DNA of 64,000 nucleotides, taken from Camelus dromedarius. Taxonomy: Eukaryota. Below are positions 52,703 to 64,000 of this stretch, in pieces. Location of the stretch: NCBI RefSeq assembly GCF_036321535.1, contig NC_087437.1, positions 42,472,001 to 42,536,000 of the forward strand. The letters are read 5' to 3'. The notes under the pieces are model-generated. The model was given only the letters and a program-made list of their open reading frames with translations. It had not been told where the DNA came from and made no database searches. The position numbers were made by a program, and so were the translations under genes. How positions within the stretch are numbered: position 1 is the stretch's first letter; every line of letters starts with the position of its first letter.

Positions 52703-53570
52703 TATTACTGAACCAAACTTGGGTCTGCTCGCAAAGCCAATCTACTGACACCAGGCTGTGGTGAAGGAAAGCACAGGAAGGTGCCAAGCAAGGAGAATAG
52801 GCAGCTGGTGCTTGAAAGACCCAAACTCCCTGATGGCTTTCAGAGAAGGGTTTTTAAAGGCAACTTTTAGGGTGAGGGTTGCAGCTGTGAACTTTCTTTT
52901 AATTGGCTGGAAGTGAGGTAACACTACCAATGTTTCAGAAATCTTAATCATCATCCTTCTGGTTCCAATCAGTCTGGGGTCTACTCCACCTGGGCTGACG
53001 AGGGAGTGGAGTTGGGGGGTGGGGTGATGGTCTTAGTTTCTGCAGAATAACTCAGAAATATGCATCAGATTGTTATGTATATCCCCTGAGGAGGAACTAG
53101 GTCTGTTTTATATCTGAACTATTGTTTAAGCTACCATTACTGTTCTTGCTTGACTGCTTTTCCATTGTTTCTGCATTCTATTACTTAATTAGTAACTGCT
53201 TAAGCCTGCTCTTTGGAACTCAGGGAAGGCCTAGGAGACAAAAGCCTTTTTTTTTTCTTTCCTTTTTTTTGAAATGGTGGTACTGGGGATTGAACCCAGC
53301 ACCTCATGCATGCAAGGCATGTGCTCTACCACTGAGCTATACCCACTCCCCTCCCCAAAGCCTTTTTCAAACAAAAAATGGGGGACCTGTAGGGACTTTT
53401 GTACCTGGGAGGTCTCTGCAGGATCCTGCTTGGTTTCAATCCCCCCTTTTCTTTGATATTCCTCAATCCTGAGGGAAACAGGGGTGGGGCAAGAAAGAGA
53501 ATAAAGCATTGGGTAGAGGATTTATCATAAACTTGGCAGGGGAAGTAGGGTTTAGGGGGATTTGGTTTCA
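52703..53570 (-). mobile_element. ERV1-class LTR carrying a nested SINE
   Basis: Begins TGAAACC on the minus strand; other end 'tattactgaaccaaacttgggtctgctcgcaaagccaatctactgacacc' resembles Laurasiatherian ERV1 LTRs (recall); no clear TSD. Confidence 0.75.
53252..53356 (-). mobile_element. tRNA-derived short SINE (camelid vic-1 type)
   Basis: Minus strand GGGGAGGGGAGTGGGTATAGCTCAGTGGTAGAGCACATGCC...GGGTTCAATCCCCAGTACC plus A tail; TSD AAAGCCTTTTT at 53241-53251 and 53357-53367. Confidence 0.9.
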
Positions 53571-55779
53571 CCTCTTATAAGTGTTACACTCCTGGCTTTT
53601 TGAGATAGATGAGAAATTCCCATTTTGCCAACTATCAATAAAAACGCTAGATTTTAAAACATTTTCTGTTAACTCCTCGCATGTAAAAAATGACTCCATA
53701 TTTCTTGAACGTGTACTTGTTCCTATGCCCTGTAAAAATGGTAGAAAATTTCCACAATTGCTGACCATATGAAATGCATTTCTCATCATCAGTCTCATAA
53801 ATATTCAGCTATTGTACTGTTCCCCAAACAGCCAAAGATTTATTCATTACATTGAATTCCAATCTCACCCTTCCTTTCTGCTCCTTTGTAAAGAGAAGAT
53901 AATATTTCGGCAGTTTTTGCAACGCCTCAGTCTTGAGGGGATATAAATATAAGCATAATTGATTTTCTGAACTTGCTTTTTCCCCCCTCTGCTTTCCAGT
54001 GCTTTATGCATTATAGGTAGAATGACTGACAAATCAGCCCTGATTGCTAATTAGAAAGCAGAATGTATTAAAAGCATAGCCCATATATCCAGTTTGCTCT
54101 CAGTGCAAACCCTGGAAATGCAATGCTTCGCAATGCTCCGGTGCATGCTGTCCAATTACCTGCTCTTTTGCTTTGACTCAACCATTCAGGAATAACATTA
54201 GCTGCGTCTGGCAGGTCAGGGGTGATTGCTAATTAAACGGAGGAATTCACTTCGCCTCACCCTGTCTCGTCTTTCTTTCCCCTCCCCACTCCATGGTGAC
54301 ACTTTTTCTCAAAATACATTTCTTTCCTTCACGTGTAGGCCAGATAATAAAGACTGGTGCTCTTATCCCTGTTTGAAGCCCAAATTCGCAAGGTAATTTT
54401 ACTTTAAGGATTGGTGAAATAGGAATTCTGTCCTCTCCCCTTTCTAACTCCTAAAGAGGTCTTTTTGTGTCAGTGCCCTTAACAGTAAGGCAAGACCCCT
54501 GGGGTTTCTATTCTTTCCTGCATCACCTCAGCAATCAGCTAGTGGCCCTGAAAGGAGAGGCCATCTTTGTCTTTGTGTTTGAAATGAGAGTTCACTCCTC
54601 ACACCAGGAAATCCGCCGGCACCTGCAGACTGAAAAGGAAGAATTGATTTTCTTTCACCCTCCCACTAATCTGAATGTCACCTCAGAAGCGCTCAGGATT
54701 TAATTGATCTGTGACAACTTCATGGCAACTGCAGGGCCCTACCGAATACCAGAAACTAATACAACATTGTAAATCAACTATACTTCAAAAAAAAAAAAAA
54801 AAGAGAGAATATTAAGGCGGATGGAGGCACGGGCAGCACTGAAGTAAGGATCTGCTCCTCCTGGGACCTCGCAATTACGCATTTGAATAGAACTTGATTC
54901 TTGAAAGTGCTTTAAACTAGTTTCCCTCTGTTTATCTGAAGGTGTATTGGAAGCATCATGGGAGACTGGACCACATAAAATTGCCAGCGCTTGTGGGTTT
55001 TTCAACATTGAAGATGGCATTTTCATATGGTTCAGCTCCTATCAGAGAAATGGAAGATTGACACCTGGATAGATGAAATGAATTCTGAGTTCCCATCCAA
55101 AACTTTTGCCCTTATAACTAATGGTTTAGTAAAGTCACTCACTGATTCATTAACAAAACATTTATTGCATATCCATTCTTGTCTTGAGCATTAAGGCAAG
55201 AATGCCAAGGGTTGAGTATGTACTGATTCTACTTAATTAGACGGTAGGCAAATTAGGCATGCATGTAAGGCCCCACAAAATAGGGCGTTATATTGTCTGT
55301 AATTTAGATTAAAATGATTCAATATAGAAAGCGTAAAACATACGTGTGCCTTTTACCTCCAGGCGCATACCTCCAGGGGCAGGCTGCTAATACCAGACAT
55401 ACACACTCCACACGAGGTTCATAAGCATTTGAAAGACACTACTCAGGTAGCTCTGCGAACATTTAACTCTCAGCCATCTCACTTAGCACTAGAAGGTTCA
55501 TTTTAACTAGCCTGAGGGATCCTAGCAATAATTTTTAAGTAGTGAAATAAGCACTACTCAAGATAAATATATTGGCAAGGATTGTGGCTCAGGCACCACT
55601 GCCCGAGCATGAACAAAGCGTTGAGAATCCAGGCCACTCTTGACCCAGGGCTCTGATCCCCATTAGAGGAGGTCGGCTGAATCCTGTCACAGGGCGCGGC
55701 TGCGACTGCCCTGAGTGAGTCCTTCACGAAAGGTGCCTGTTGCAGCGCTTTTAAGCACAGAGAAAGGAAAAATTCGTGG

Positions 55780-56820
55780 GCTTTTAATACTGGATATGTA
55801 ACTGCATGTGATTGGGTTTGTTTTTGAAAAAAACATTCTCACAGCAGTGTACAGGCGGCACTGAGGTGTTCAGGGGCTGAAGAGAGAGCAAGAGAGGGAG
55901 GCCATGGTAGCTGCATAACGTTGAAGGGCTGAACTAAGGTTGTGGCAGGGTGAGTGGATGGAACAGAAAGGATAGCATTGATAGATTTACATGAGAAAAT
56001 TAAATGGGTTTGATGAATAATTAGGTATGGGGTGAGGTGAAAAGGGAGTCATAAAGACAATCTCCAGGGTGTCTGATTTGCATCGTGCCATTTACTAAAA
56101 TAGAGAATGAAAGGTAAGGAAGAGGTTGGGGGCCAGTCAAGAATAGCTATTTTTGAATAAGATAAATATGAGATGCCTGTAGGACATTCAGGTGGAGTAG
56201 CCCTACCGGAGGTATATAATCTGTATACCTACATGCACATATACACATATTTATTGTCTGGGGCTCAGGAGGACGACCTGGGCTGGAGACAGATACTTAA
56301 TGCATTCAACAAACACCTATGAATTAGTTTCTGTTCTCCAGGCCAAGATTGGTGTGATCCTTGCCTTCACTGTGATTATAGTATTTGGCAGACATAGTAT
56401 AACGGGCACATCTGAAGTCTTGAGGATGAGATCACCTAGGAAGAGTGTAGTTAAAAGTGCAGAAGCAGAATCCCATGAATGATTAACATTTAAGGTGCAG
56501 AAAGAAGAAGGATGAGTGGTATGAAAGCATTTATATGAATGAAAATGAGGAAGATTGGACAAATAGGAGGAAAACAAAAAGAGAAGACAATTATACCAAG
56601 GAAGTCCAGGGATAGAAAAGTTTCAAGGAGGGAATGGTGAATGGTATCACGTATTGCAGCGATCAAATAAATAAGGAATGCAAACATCCGTGCAACACGA
56701 CTCTTTGGAGGTGCATGAATGAGTCCATTTTCCTGTAGTGAGGGGAATAGTGGGTTGAAGGCTGAGTACTGAAGAGAGCATGAGAAGTGATAGAGTGGAA
56801 ATGAAACTTTAAAAGGCTTG
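55780..56820 (-). mobile_element. L2 fragments
   Basis: 'gagatgcctgtaggacattcaggtggag', 'ggatgagatcacctaggaagagtgtag', 'gtttcaaggagggaatggtgaatggtatc'. Confidence 0.7.
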
Positions 56821-57519
56821 GCCAGAGCAATATTAGAAATTACATGGCAAGGGTTTTGGAAAGAGAGGGCCAGAGCTCTGCTTCCTGCTCTAATCTAGGG
56901 CAGAACTCTGTAACAATGACTTGCTGGGAAATGAAGCAGGGTAAAATAATCCAAAAAAGGAAATATGAAAATAGTAAAGGACACATTTCAAATTTCGTTC
57001 ATTTTAAAGAAAAAAATGTCCTGGTAGCTACACATTTTAGGAGACAACCTGAGTAATGCTGGGTTCTCTACTACAGTTTCACGTGAGCTTTAAGCTGACA
57101 GATGGTGTCCTGTGCACACTCTGACTGAAGTGAAGGAGAAGAGGTTCCAGGATCACAGAGGCCCTTTCATGTCTGCTAGAGCTCTGACAGGCCCCTTTAT
57201 ATGGGTCATGGTTCCAGGAATGATGTCCCATTACAAGTGAGTCAGCATTTCTGGGACTGTCACAGTTTTACTGGAAGTAAGTACTACCTTATCTTTCTGA
57301 GCAATTACTTTCAAGAAATATGATGAGAAAACATTTCAAAGCTCTGACCTCTCCAGATTTCCTCTTCGTTTTTTTCAAATTCTCTGCAGAGTTGTTCCTG
57401 GTTAAGAACTGTTTTAATTAGAAAGCGCATGTGGAGTCTCTCGGCAATTAAAAGCAGTCAAATCCAACCCTGGGACCAAAGGTGAGACGTGACCTACTAG
57501 CCTGAAGCCAACACCAGGG

Positions 57520-57710
57520 CTTTCAGGCCAGACAGACTTGGGCAAAAGTCTCAATTCTAAAATTCACTAGCTGTGTGACCTAGGGCAAGATACTGAGCCT
57601 CTCTAGGACTCAGTTTTTTCAGCTGTGTAAATGGGGATAATAAAAACAAGTTTACAGGAATGTTGTAAAGTAATATACATAAAGTGTCTTGGAAGAAGTA
57701 GTTTGCTCAA
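57520..57710 (+). mobile_element. MIR SINE
   Basis: 'cactagctgtgtgacctagggcaagatactgagcctctctaggactcagttttttcagctgtgtaaatggggataataa'. Confidence 0.8.
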
Positions 57711-59864
57711 TAGCCAATGTATTTTTTTTTTTTTTTTGGTATATAAATCCACTTGATTTCATTGGTTAAATCTGAGCAATATTTGTTCAGCATCTGTGCT
57801 AAGCAAAGTACTTTGTCCACATACACTGCGAAAAAGGTAAGGAACAGCCAGTATGAGAGATGGTAAATGATTTTTTTTTTCTATTTACACCAATAGGTCA
57901 AGAAAGAATGGAGTGAAATTGATGCAGGAGGGATTTAGATTAAAGTGCAGCAGAATACAATTTCAAACCACAGTGAAATGCCATCATGCCATTATAAAGA
58001 GAGTCAATAAGAAACCTTTAGTGGAGATTTAAAAGTAAAGGGTAGTTATTTTGTGATGATTTAAGTGCTAGAAAACGATGATGTCATTTCCATGGTTTCA
58101 CCCTATCTTTAATATTTGTACTCTCAGAGATGCCAGAGCCATTTCTACATTTTGAGGCATCCAGTATATTTACAAATGGAGAAATGCTAGAATAGGGTTA
58201 ACAATTGTACAATATTAAAAATATGTGTCTATCTGTCTATGATCAATTAATTCTAAATTAAAACAAAATATGAATAGGCTTTTCACACGATAGTCACAAG
58301 ATTTAGAAAACCTTATTTCAAAGTCCATTACAGGCATTTTGCAGAGCATCCTCTTTCTGTCTTGCCAGTGTGAGAAGGAAGATAGCACAGCCTACCTTTG
58401 ACAGAACTACTTTGCTGGCCTCAGTGAATGGGAGTTCCAGGCCCATGGCCTCTTATCATAAACTCTTGGTGATGAACTGTCCATCACTTCTGAAAGCTTA
58501 ATCCCTGATATAACGTGGATGCTTAGGAAAAGTTTGTTGAATTAATCAATGAATTCTTTGCATTGATTATCACCTAGGAGGCTGGCTGAAGATCTTTAAA
58601 ACTGCTTGCTGCTAGATTGGGTAATAGCTTGCGATTCCATTCATTTTGCAAAGGGAGACAACACATTACCCATGTTGGCCTTCTGGACTCTATGGATGAC
58701 TGCCTTTCAGTCAGAGAGTGCTCAGTGCAGAGCAGAAGAGGGGAAGTGGACGATGGTGGGATATGTGGACAAAGGAGCTTCTTCAGCTCCAGTTTACTTG
58801 GGCTGTTACTGATCAGAGAGCTGAAGGATTCTGGAGTTTTATAAAGCACAAATGACACAGCATCAACCTTGCAGTACGCGAGGTAAGGAAAGTCAATTCT
58901 ATTAGCAGCAGCATCTGGGCATTCCTAATTTCCCTAGAAATTAAGAGAAATCCACCTGTTTTTAAATGCAAAGCTTCTTTCTAATCTCTTGTTCTTAATA
59001 AGGTGTGCCAGCTCCAGAGACCTGGTTGCCATCTTGATACTTCACATTATCTAGGACAGATTATGCCAACTGACCTCATGCCCGATGCTTGCTGTCATTG
59101 CTAGGCTCCCTTCTCATCTCAGTGTGATGCATTTCTGACAGAGAGAGAGCACAGGGTAGAGCATCTAAATCTTCCTCAAATTGATGTAGCTCAGCGGGCT
59201 CAGCTTTGAAGCCCTCTGCGTCCCGAGGGCCCGGTTTTCTCATTCTAGATGGGATAATGCTTCTGTTCACCGCCCCTAGGTAGGGAATTAGTTCTTGCTG
59301 GTGCGCTAGAGAGAAGGTGAAGGCTGGTTGCCTTAGCTATGGGTCTTTGAAAGACTTCAGTCTTCTTTACCCATGGGAATCTTTAAGGGGGCAAAAGAGG
59401 TAGGAACAGTAGCAGTAGTAATAGGAATAGTGCTACTACTACTACTGAAATCATTATAATTTTGAATTTAAAAGTTACCCATCTACAAAAATCTGTGGGT
59501 TTTAAAAAGTTTGGTAACCTACACATTAGCCTTCCTAAAAGTGAAAGAAGAAAGCAGTCTAACTTCACTGAAGAAATTCAATTTAGTGAACATTTATTGA
59601 ATGGTCACTATGTGTTTGATTCTGTGTTAGGCATTTTGGTGGGGAGAGTATCAAAATAATTCTAGATTATGGTTTTTGTTCTTAAGCTCAAAATCTAGAA
59701 GTGGAGGCAAACTTGCACCCAAGTCACAGAGCCTGGCAGGTGTCAGTGCCCTGCCGTCTTGCTGCCCCTCTCCCCCTCCCCTTTTCTCCTTCTCTCCATC
59801 CCTTCCTTCAGCCACCATTCATTGAGTGCCTATTTTGTGTCAGCCCCAAAGTCAGGTGCTGGGG

Positions 59865-60262
59865 TGTTGTTCTGTAAACTTGGTAATTTCCCCGAGTGAA
59901 ATCAGACACTGGGCCCTGGACACCAAGGGCAAGGAGAGACTAAAGAAGGAAGCAGGTCACTCCAGACTGGTAGGTGGTGAGTTTAATAAGCAAGCTTGGG
60001 TGGCCTCAAGACAAGTAGGTCTCCACACCCACCCACCAGTCTTAAAACTTTATATAGAGGCTTTACCTGGGTTCAGGAATGCGTACTGTCCAGACGGTCT
60101 CAACAGCACAGTGCTCTCTCAAGGCTGTGTCCTTGAAAACAGTTCTGGTTGTGAAAATGGCAGGCAAAAGTACATCCCTAAGACAGGGGAGGAGATGAGG
60201 AGCCTTTAACTCCTGGGTTCAGCTCAAAAGTCCAACAGCAGTCACATCCTCTCAATGACCTC
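59865..60262 (-). mobile_element. 3' LTR of an ERV-L-class provirus
   Basis: On the minus strand: TATATAAA (about 60048-60056), ATTAAA (59981-59986) and a CAACA end; directly follows the integrase remnant. Confidence 0.8.
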
Positions 60263-63200
60263 ATGACCCTTGAAATGTGACTTTCTATTCGATGATGGTA
60301 CCCATACAAGCTACTCGATTTCTCTAATCCCCTAACAGTGGCAGCCTGGTTTGTGCAGTGGCAGGGGAAAGTTTGAATTAGCTCAGACACAGTGTCCACA
60401 CAGATCCAAAGCATATTTAGAACCACCACTCAGAGGGAGGGGGTCAATGTAGCCAGTTTGCCCATCCCTCACCAGTTGAGGATCCCAGTAGACAGCCCCA
60501 GACTCCTTTGGCAGTTGCCTTAGGCATTGCTTAGAACACACAGGACATGCTGTTACTGCATTAACCAAGTCACTGTATTTCAGGAGCAATACAGCATCCT
60601 TGGCAACAGGCCATACCCAGTCTGCTGTATCTACTGAAGGGTCAGTTGCTAGGGCTTGTATCCCAGCTAGGAAATCAGCTTCCTGATTGCCAGGGAGTGT
60701 CAAGTGCTTTATGAGCTGGGAAGTGGGAGACAGGACAGCTTAGGCTCTTGGAAGCAAACCCAAATGTCTTCCCACATATCCCGACCCTGTGAGGGCTTAT
60801 TCATGATTATTCACCCCTCATTGTCCCACTGTCCAAGCCATAGGGTTAATCCCTTTAGAACAGCCCAACCATCTGCAGAGTCAACAGTCAGGGCTCCTGA
60901 GTGATCACCAAACAGCTCTGCATTTAGCCCACTGGCTGCTGCATTTTATTCCTGTTTTCATCGAGATGGTGTCAGTGTTGGGTTGAATAGCGACTGCAGT
61001 CCATGTGCATGAGTTGTTTGCCCCTTTTAGACCCGTCAGTATACCAGACATCAGTGGGAATTTCCCCCCTCCCTCCCTACAGGCTGCAGGACTGCCACCA
61101 GAACAGGGGCAGGGGCATTTAGAGGATCTACATACTCTATGGGGCCTACTAGCACCTGCATTTCTAGAGACAGTGGGCTGCAGACAGTTCCTCTGCTGCA
61201 AATAAGCATGTCACTTAGTCAAACTGGGAGTTTGAGCCATGGCAGAGGTGGGTCAATGGACCATATTCTCAACCCACCCCCTAATAGGAAGAGAAATTTT
61301 TTCCATGATATGCTGTTCCTCTGCAAGAGGCTCTAATTGGAGAAGCTCTGTGTACACTGTCAGTAGCTTTTGCTCTTTGGGGTCTATCAGGTCTCTGCCT
61401 CCTCCCAGAGCTGGGACCAAAATCTTCGGGTTACTCTCTCCTTCCACTGTCTCTGCCATAGTACCCAACCCACACCTTACGGAGTCACAGACACATCTAA
61501 CTCCAGCGGTGGGAGACGATGCCCAGGGCTTTAAATCTTTTTCACTAGCATTGTTGCCTTCTCAACAGCAGCTTGCTGCTCTGATCCTCTGTCTCACATG
61601 CGTCCTTTCCTTACCAGGTTGTATAAGGGATAGAGGAACTGTGCCAGGTGGGAAGTAAAAGTCTTCCCAAACCCCTAAAGCCCTAAATGCTTGTATTTCT
61701 GTTCTTAGGGGTTAGACAGGTTTGCACATTATCAATTACAGCTTTTGGGACAAGTCATGTCTTATCCCGCTAAACGACTCCCCAAAACTTGGTGGTGGTG
61801 TCTGGGCCTTGAATTTTCACTGAGTTTGTTGGCCATCCTCTCCCTTGCAGATGTTCCAGCGAAGCCTGCAGAGCATTCTGCGGCAGAGGCAAATATTCAC
61901 ATTAACACTATATCATCAAGGTAATGGGCTTATTTTACTGATGCATAAAAAGGTAACAGTGACAGATCTCGAGTTACCATCCCATGACATTTGGTGGGGC
62001 TATGCTGGTCATTTTGGGGAAGCTCCTTAAAGGTCCATTGTCACCCTTCCCATATGAAGGCAAAATGATCTTGTGACTCAGTGGCCAGGGTTATACTGAA
62101 AAAAGCATCTGCTAAGTCTGGTACAGCATGGCAGTGGCCAAGGTATCTAAGATGGTGGCAATGCTGAGCATAGCTGCATGGATGGGGGGGGCACTACCTT
62201 GTTCAATTCTTGGTAGTCCCTGGTCACCCCTCCATGAGCCATCTGCCTTTTACACCTGCCATACTGGGCTGTTGAAAGCACTATGGGGAGGACATACAAT
62301 ACCCACTCAGTGCAGTTCTTGGATAGTTTCTCCTATTTAATTTCTGTCCTTGGTAATTTATATTGTACGAGTTTCCACTCTAAGAGGGGGCAGTAGACTA
62401 GCTGGTTCTTAGTTGGCATTTCCCCTCAGCACTGGCTTGATTACTCTACCTGAAGGTAGAATTCACTGATAGACGTTTTCAGAATTTGACCTTGTAGGTT
62501 ACCAATGTCCAATATGTTCTCTGATATTGAAGAAATTAAAACCCTTGTATTCCAGTGCAGAGAACACCCAATTTGCAGTGCCAAAGGGATCTTTCTGACC
62601 ATAACCATTTGTCCTCCATAACCATCAATGGCCACTTCTGAGGGTTACCATTATATTACATTTTGTTCCAGTGTCAACCAGAGCCATCATCTTTTGTTTA
62701 TTTCTGAGGAACACTCAATCGGAGCTCAACATGAGGCCTTCCTTTGATCAGCACCAATGGCCCTCACCTGGAGGCAATCTTAGCTTGCATCTTATACCGG
62801 GGTTGGGGTTAGTGGGGGGTGGTGGTGTGTGAATCCCTGAAGCTTCTGCTGGAGTAAGCAGGGCATCAGAGATAGTAGGGGCAGGTGAGGCAGGTTTGAA
62901 CTGTTCGGGTTTAAGGCTTTCAACACACTGATCAACACAGTGTAGGGCTGCCTGCCTGTCTTTTAAGGGGAAGCCCCTGCAGCAACAAGTCCAAACCACA
63001 TTTGTTTCTAGGTTACTTTTACCAAACCCTTTACGGGTGATTGTAAAAGCTTTTTGGCTTCTTGAGTTCCCTGTCTTGAGTCTTTCCCACAACCCATACC
63101 TGTTCCCAGGATATGTCAGTTTCCCCCAGACCAGTGATGGATCGCCCAATATCATAAATGTCTCCTCCCATGACTGGGCTCAACATAGATACCAGTTTCC

Positions 63201-64000
63201 CATACTAGGTACTGGGGTGGATGGGAATATCTTGACTTTGATTCCTGCAGTGAATGTGGCCCAATCAAGACCTTCAAAGACAGGGTTGTAGATGGCTTGT
63301 CTCAAATCCCTGAGAATTTGTTGTACCTCCTCTATAGATTTCTAGGGTCCCACATGCCTAGGGAGATCCCTTTCATTGGACCAAACCTCCCTGCAGACTA
63401 CAATAGTCCAAGGAATGAATTCCTTGAACTAGCACCTTGCCAGCGCTGCTGGAGGGCAGGGTCTGTTGTGATGTTGCTCATTTTCTCTTCCTCCTGCCCA
63501 GAGAAATGCCATTGTCCCCTGTATATAACAGAGCCCCACTAACCATTCCTGGATAGTTTCCCTGGCCTTTTGGTAGAACTTGGTAGCTATTCCAATAAAC
63601 TCAGTGGGAGAATACTCTCCCATCATTTCCCAAACTGGGGACTGCTGGCTGGTCGTGTTGCTGTGGTTTCAGCTTCCTTTGTTTTAGGGGTTGGACAGCA
63701 CGAGGCGTTCTGTCCGTTTCACTGTCAATCGCCACAAAATCCTCCTTTTGCACTCCTCACTTTCTCAGAGATTCTACCTCTGGTGTCCCAATCAGGCTCT
63801 GTTTGTTATTAGTGCTCAGACTTCCTAGCTTCAGAGAACTGCGTGTTAAGGTCTCCAAATTACTATCTGGCTCATCCACCTTGTCTGCCAGCCCAGAAGC
63901 TAGCAGAGCAGTGGACACTTCACATCCTTTTCTATCCTCATCTATTCTTCCAACTTTCTAACCTGAGCTTCAGCCTCTAGCTGGTCATCGGTGGCCAGCC
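60263..64000 (-). mobile_element. Degenerate ERV-L-class (class III) internal region gag-pro-pol, cut by the window end
   Basis: Minus strand: protease ALVDTG (DTG at 62667-62675); RT DLADAF, LPQ..HSP and YLDD (61912-61923); IN zinc-finger CPVC and core YIDPLP (ORF 60383-60703); many stops and frameshifts; no env seen. Confidence 0.85.

Noticed and set aside
53252..53356. tRNA gene
   Set aside because: It has A/B boxes, but also an A-rich tail, a TSD and no proper acceptor stem, so it is a SINE; the same applies to 32549-32686.
25530..64000. Exons of the expected neighbour SPATA16
   Set aside because: Human synteny suggests it lies downstream of ECT2 on the minus strand, but I recognised no such exons in this window.
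1..64000. CRISPR arrays, operons or prokaryotic defence systems
   Set aside because: The sequence is clearly mammalian (spliceosomal introns, LINEs and SINEs), with no regularly spaced repeats.

Overview
Mammalian genomic DNA, AT-rich and CpG-depleted; short tRNA-derived SINEs of the vic-1 type suggest a camelid. The left 25.5 kb holds the 3' part of ECT2 (RhoGEF) on the + strand: 11 canonical GT-AG coding exons (end of the DH domain, PH domain, polybasic C-terminus), a candidate alternative last exon (22754-23020) and the 3' UTR. An NDUFA3 processed pseudogene lies antisense in an ECT2 intron. The remainder is intergenic and repeat-rich: old and younger L1s (including a composite, internally deleted 4.3-kb L1 block inside one target-site duplication), a near-full-length Tigger1, an ancient Tigger-type transposase remnant, hAT MITEs, L2/MIR, solo LTRs and a degenerate ERV-L-class provirus running off the right end. 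Candidate regulatory elements include two convergent CTCF motifs and a homeodomain-motif-rich unique segment near 54 kb. I found no evidence of a wholly new biological system. The best leads are the alternative ECT2 tail, a sense L1 ORF1-only insertion 26 nt from an ECT2 splice donor, and a possible L1 3' transduction. Repeat family names come from my recall of consensus sequences, not from a database search.
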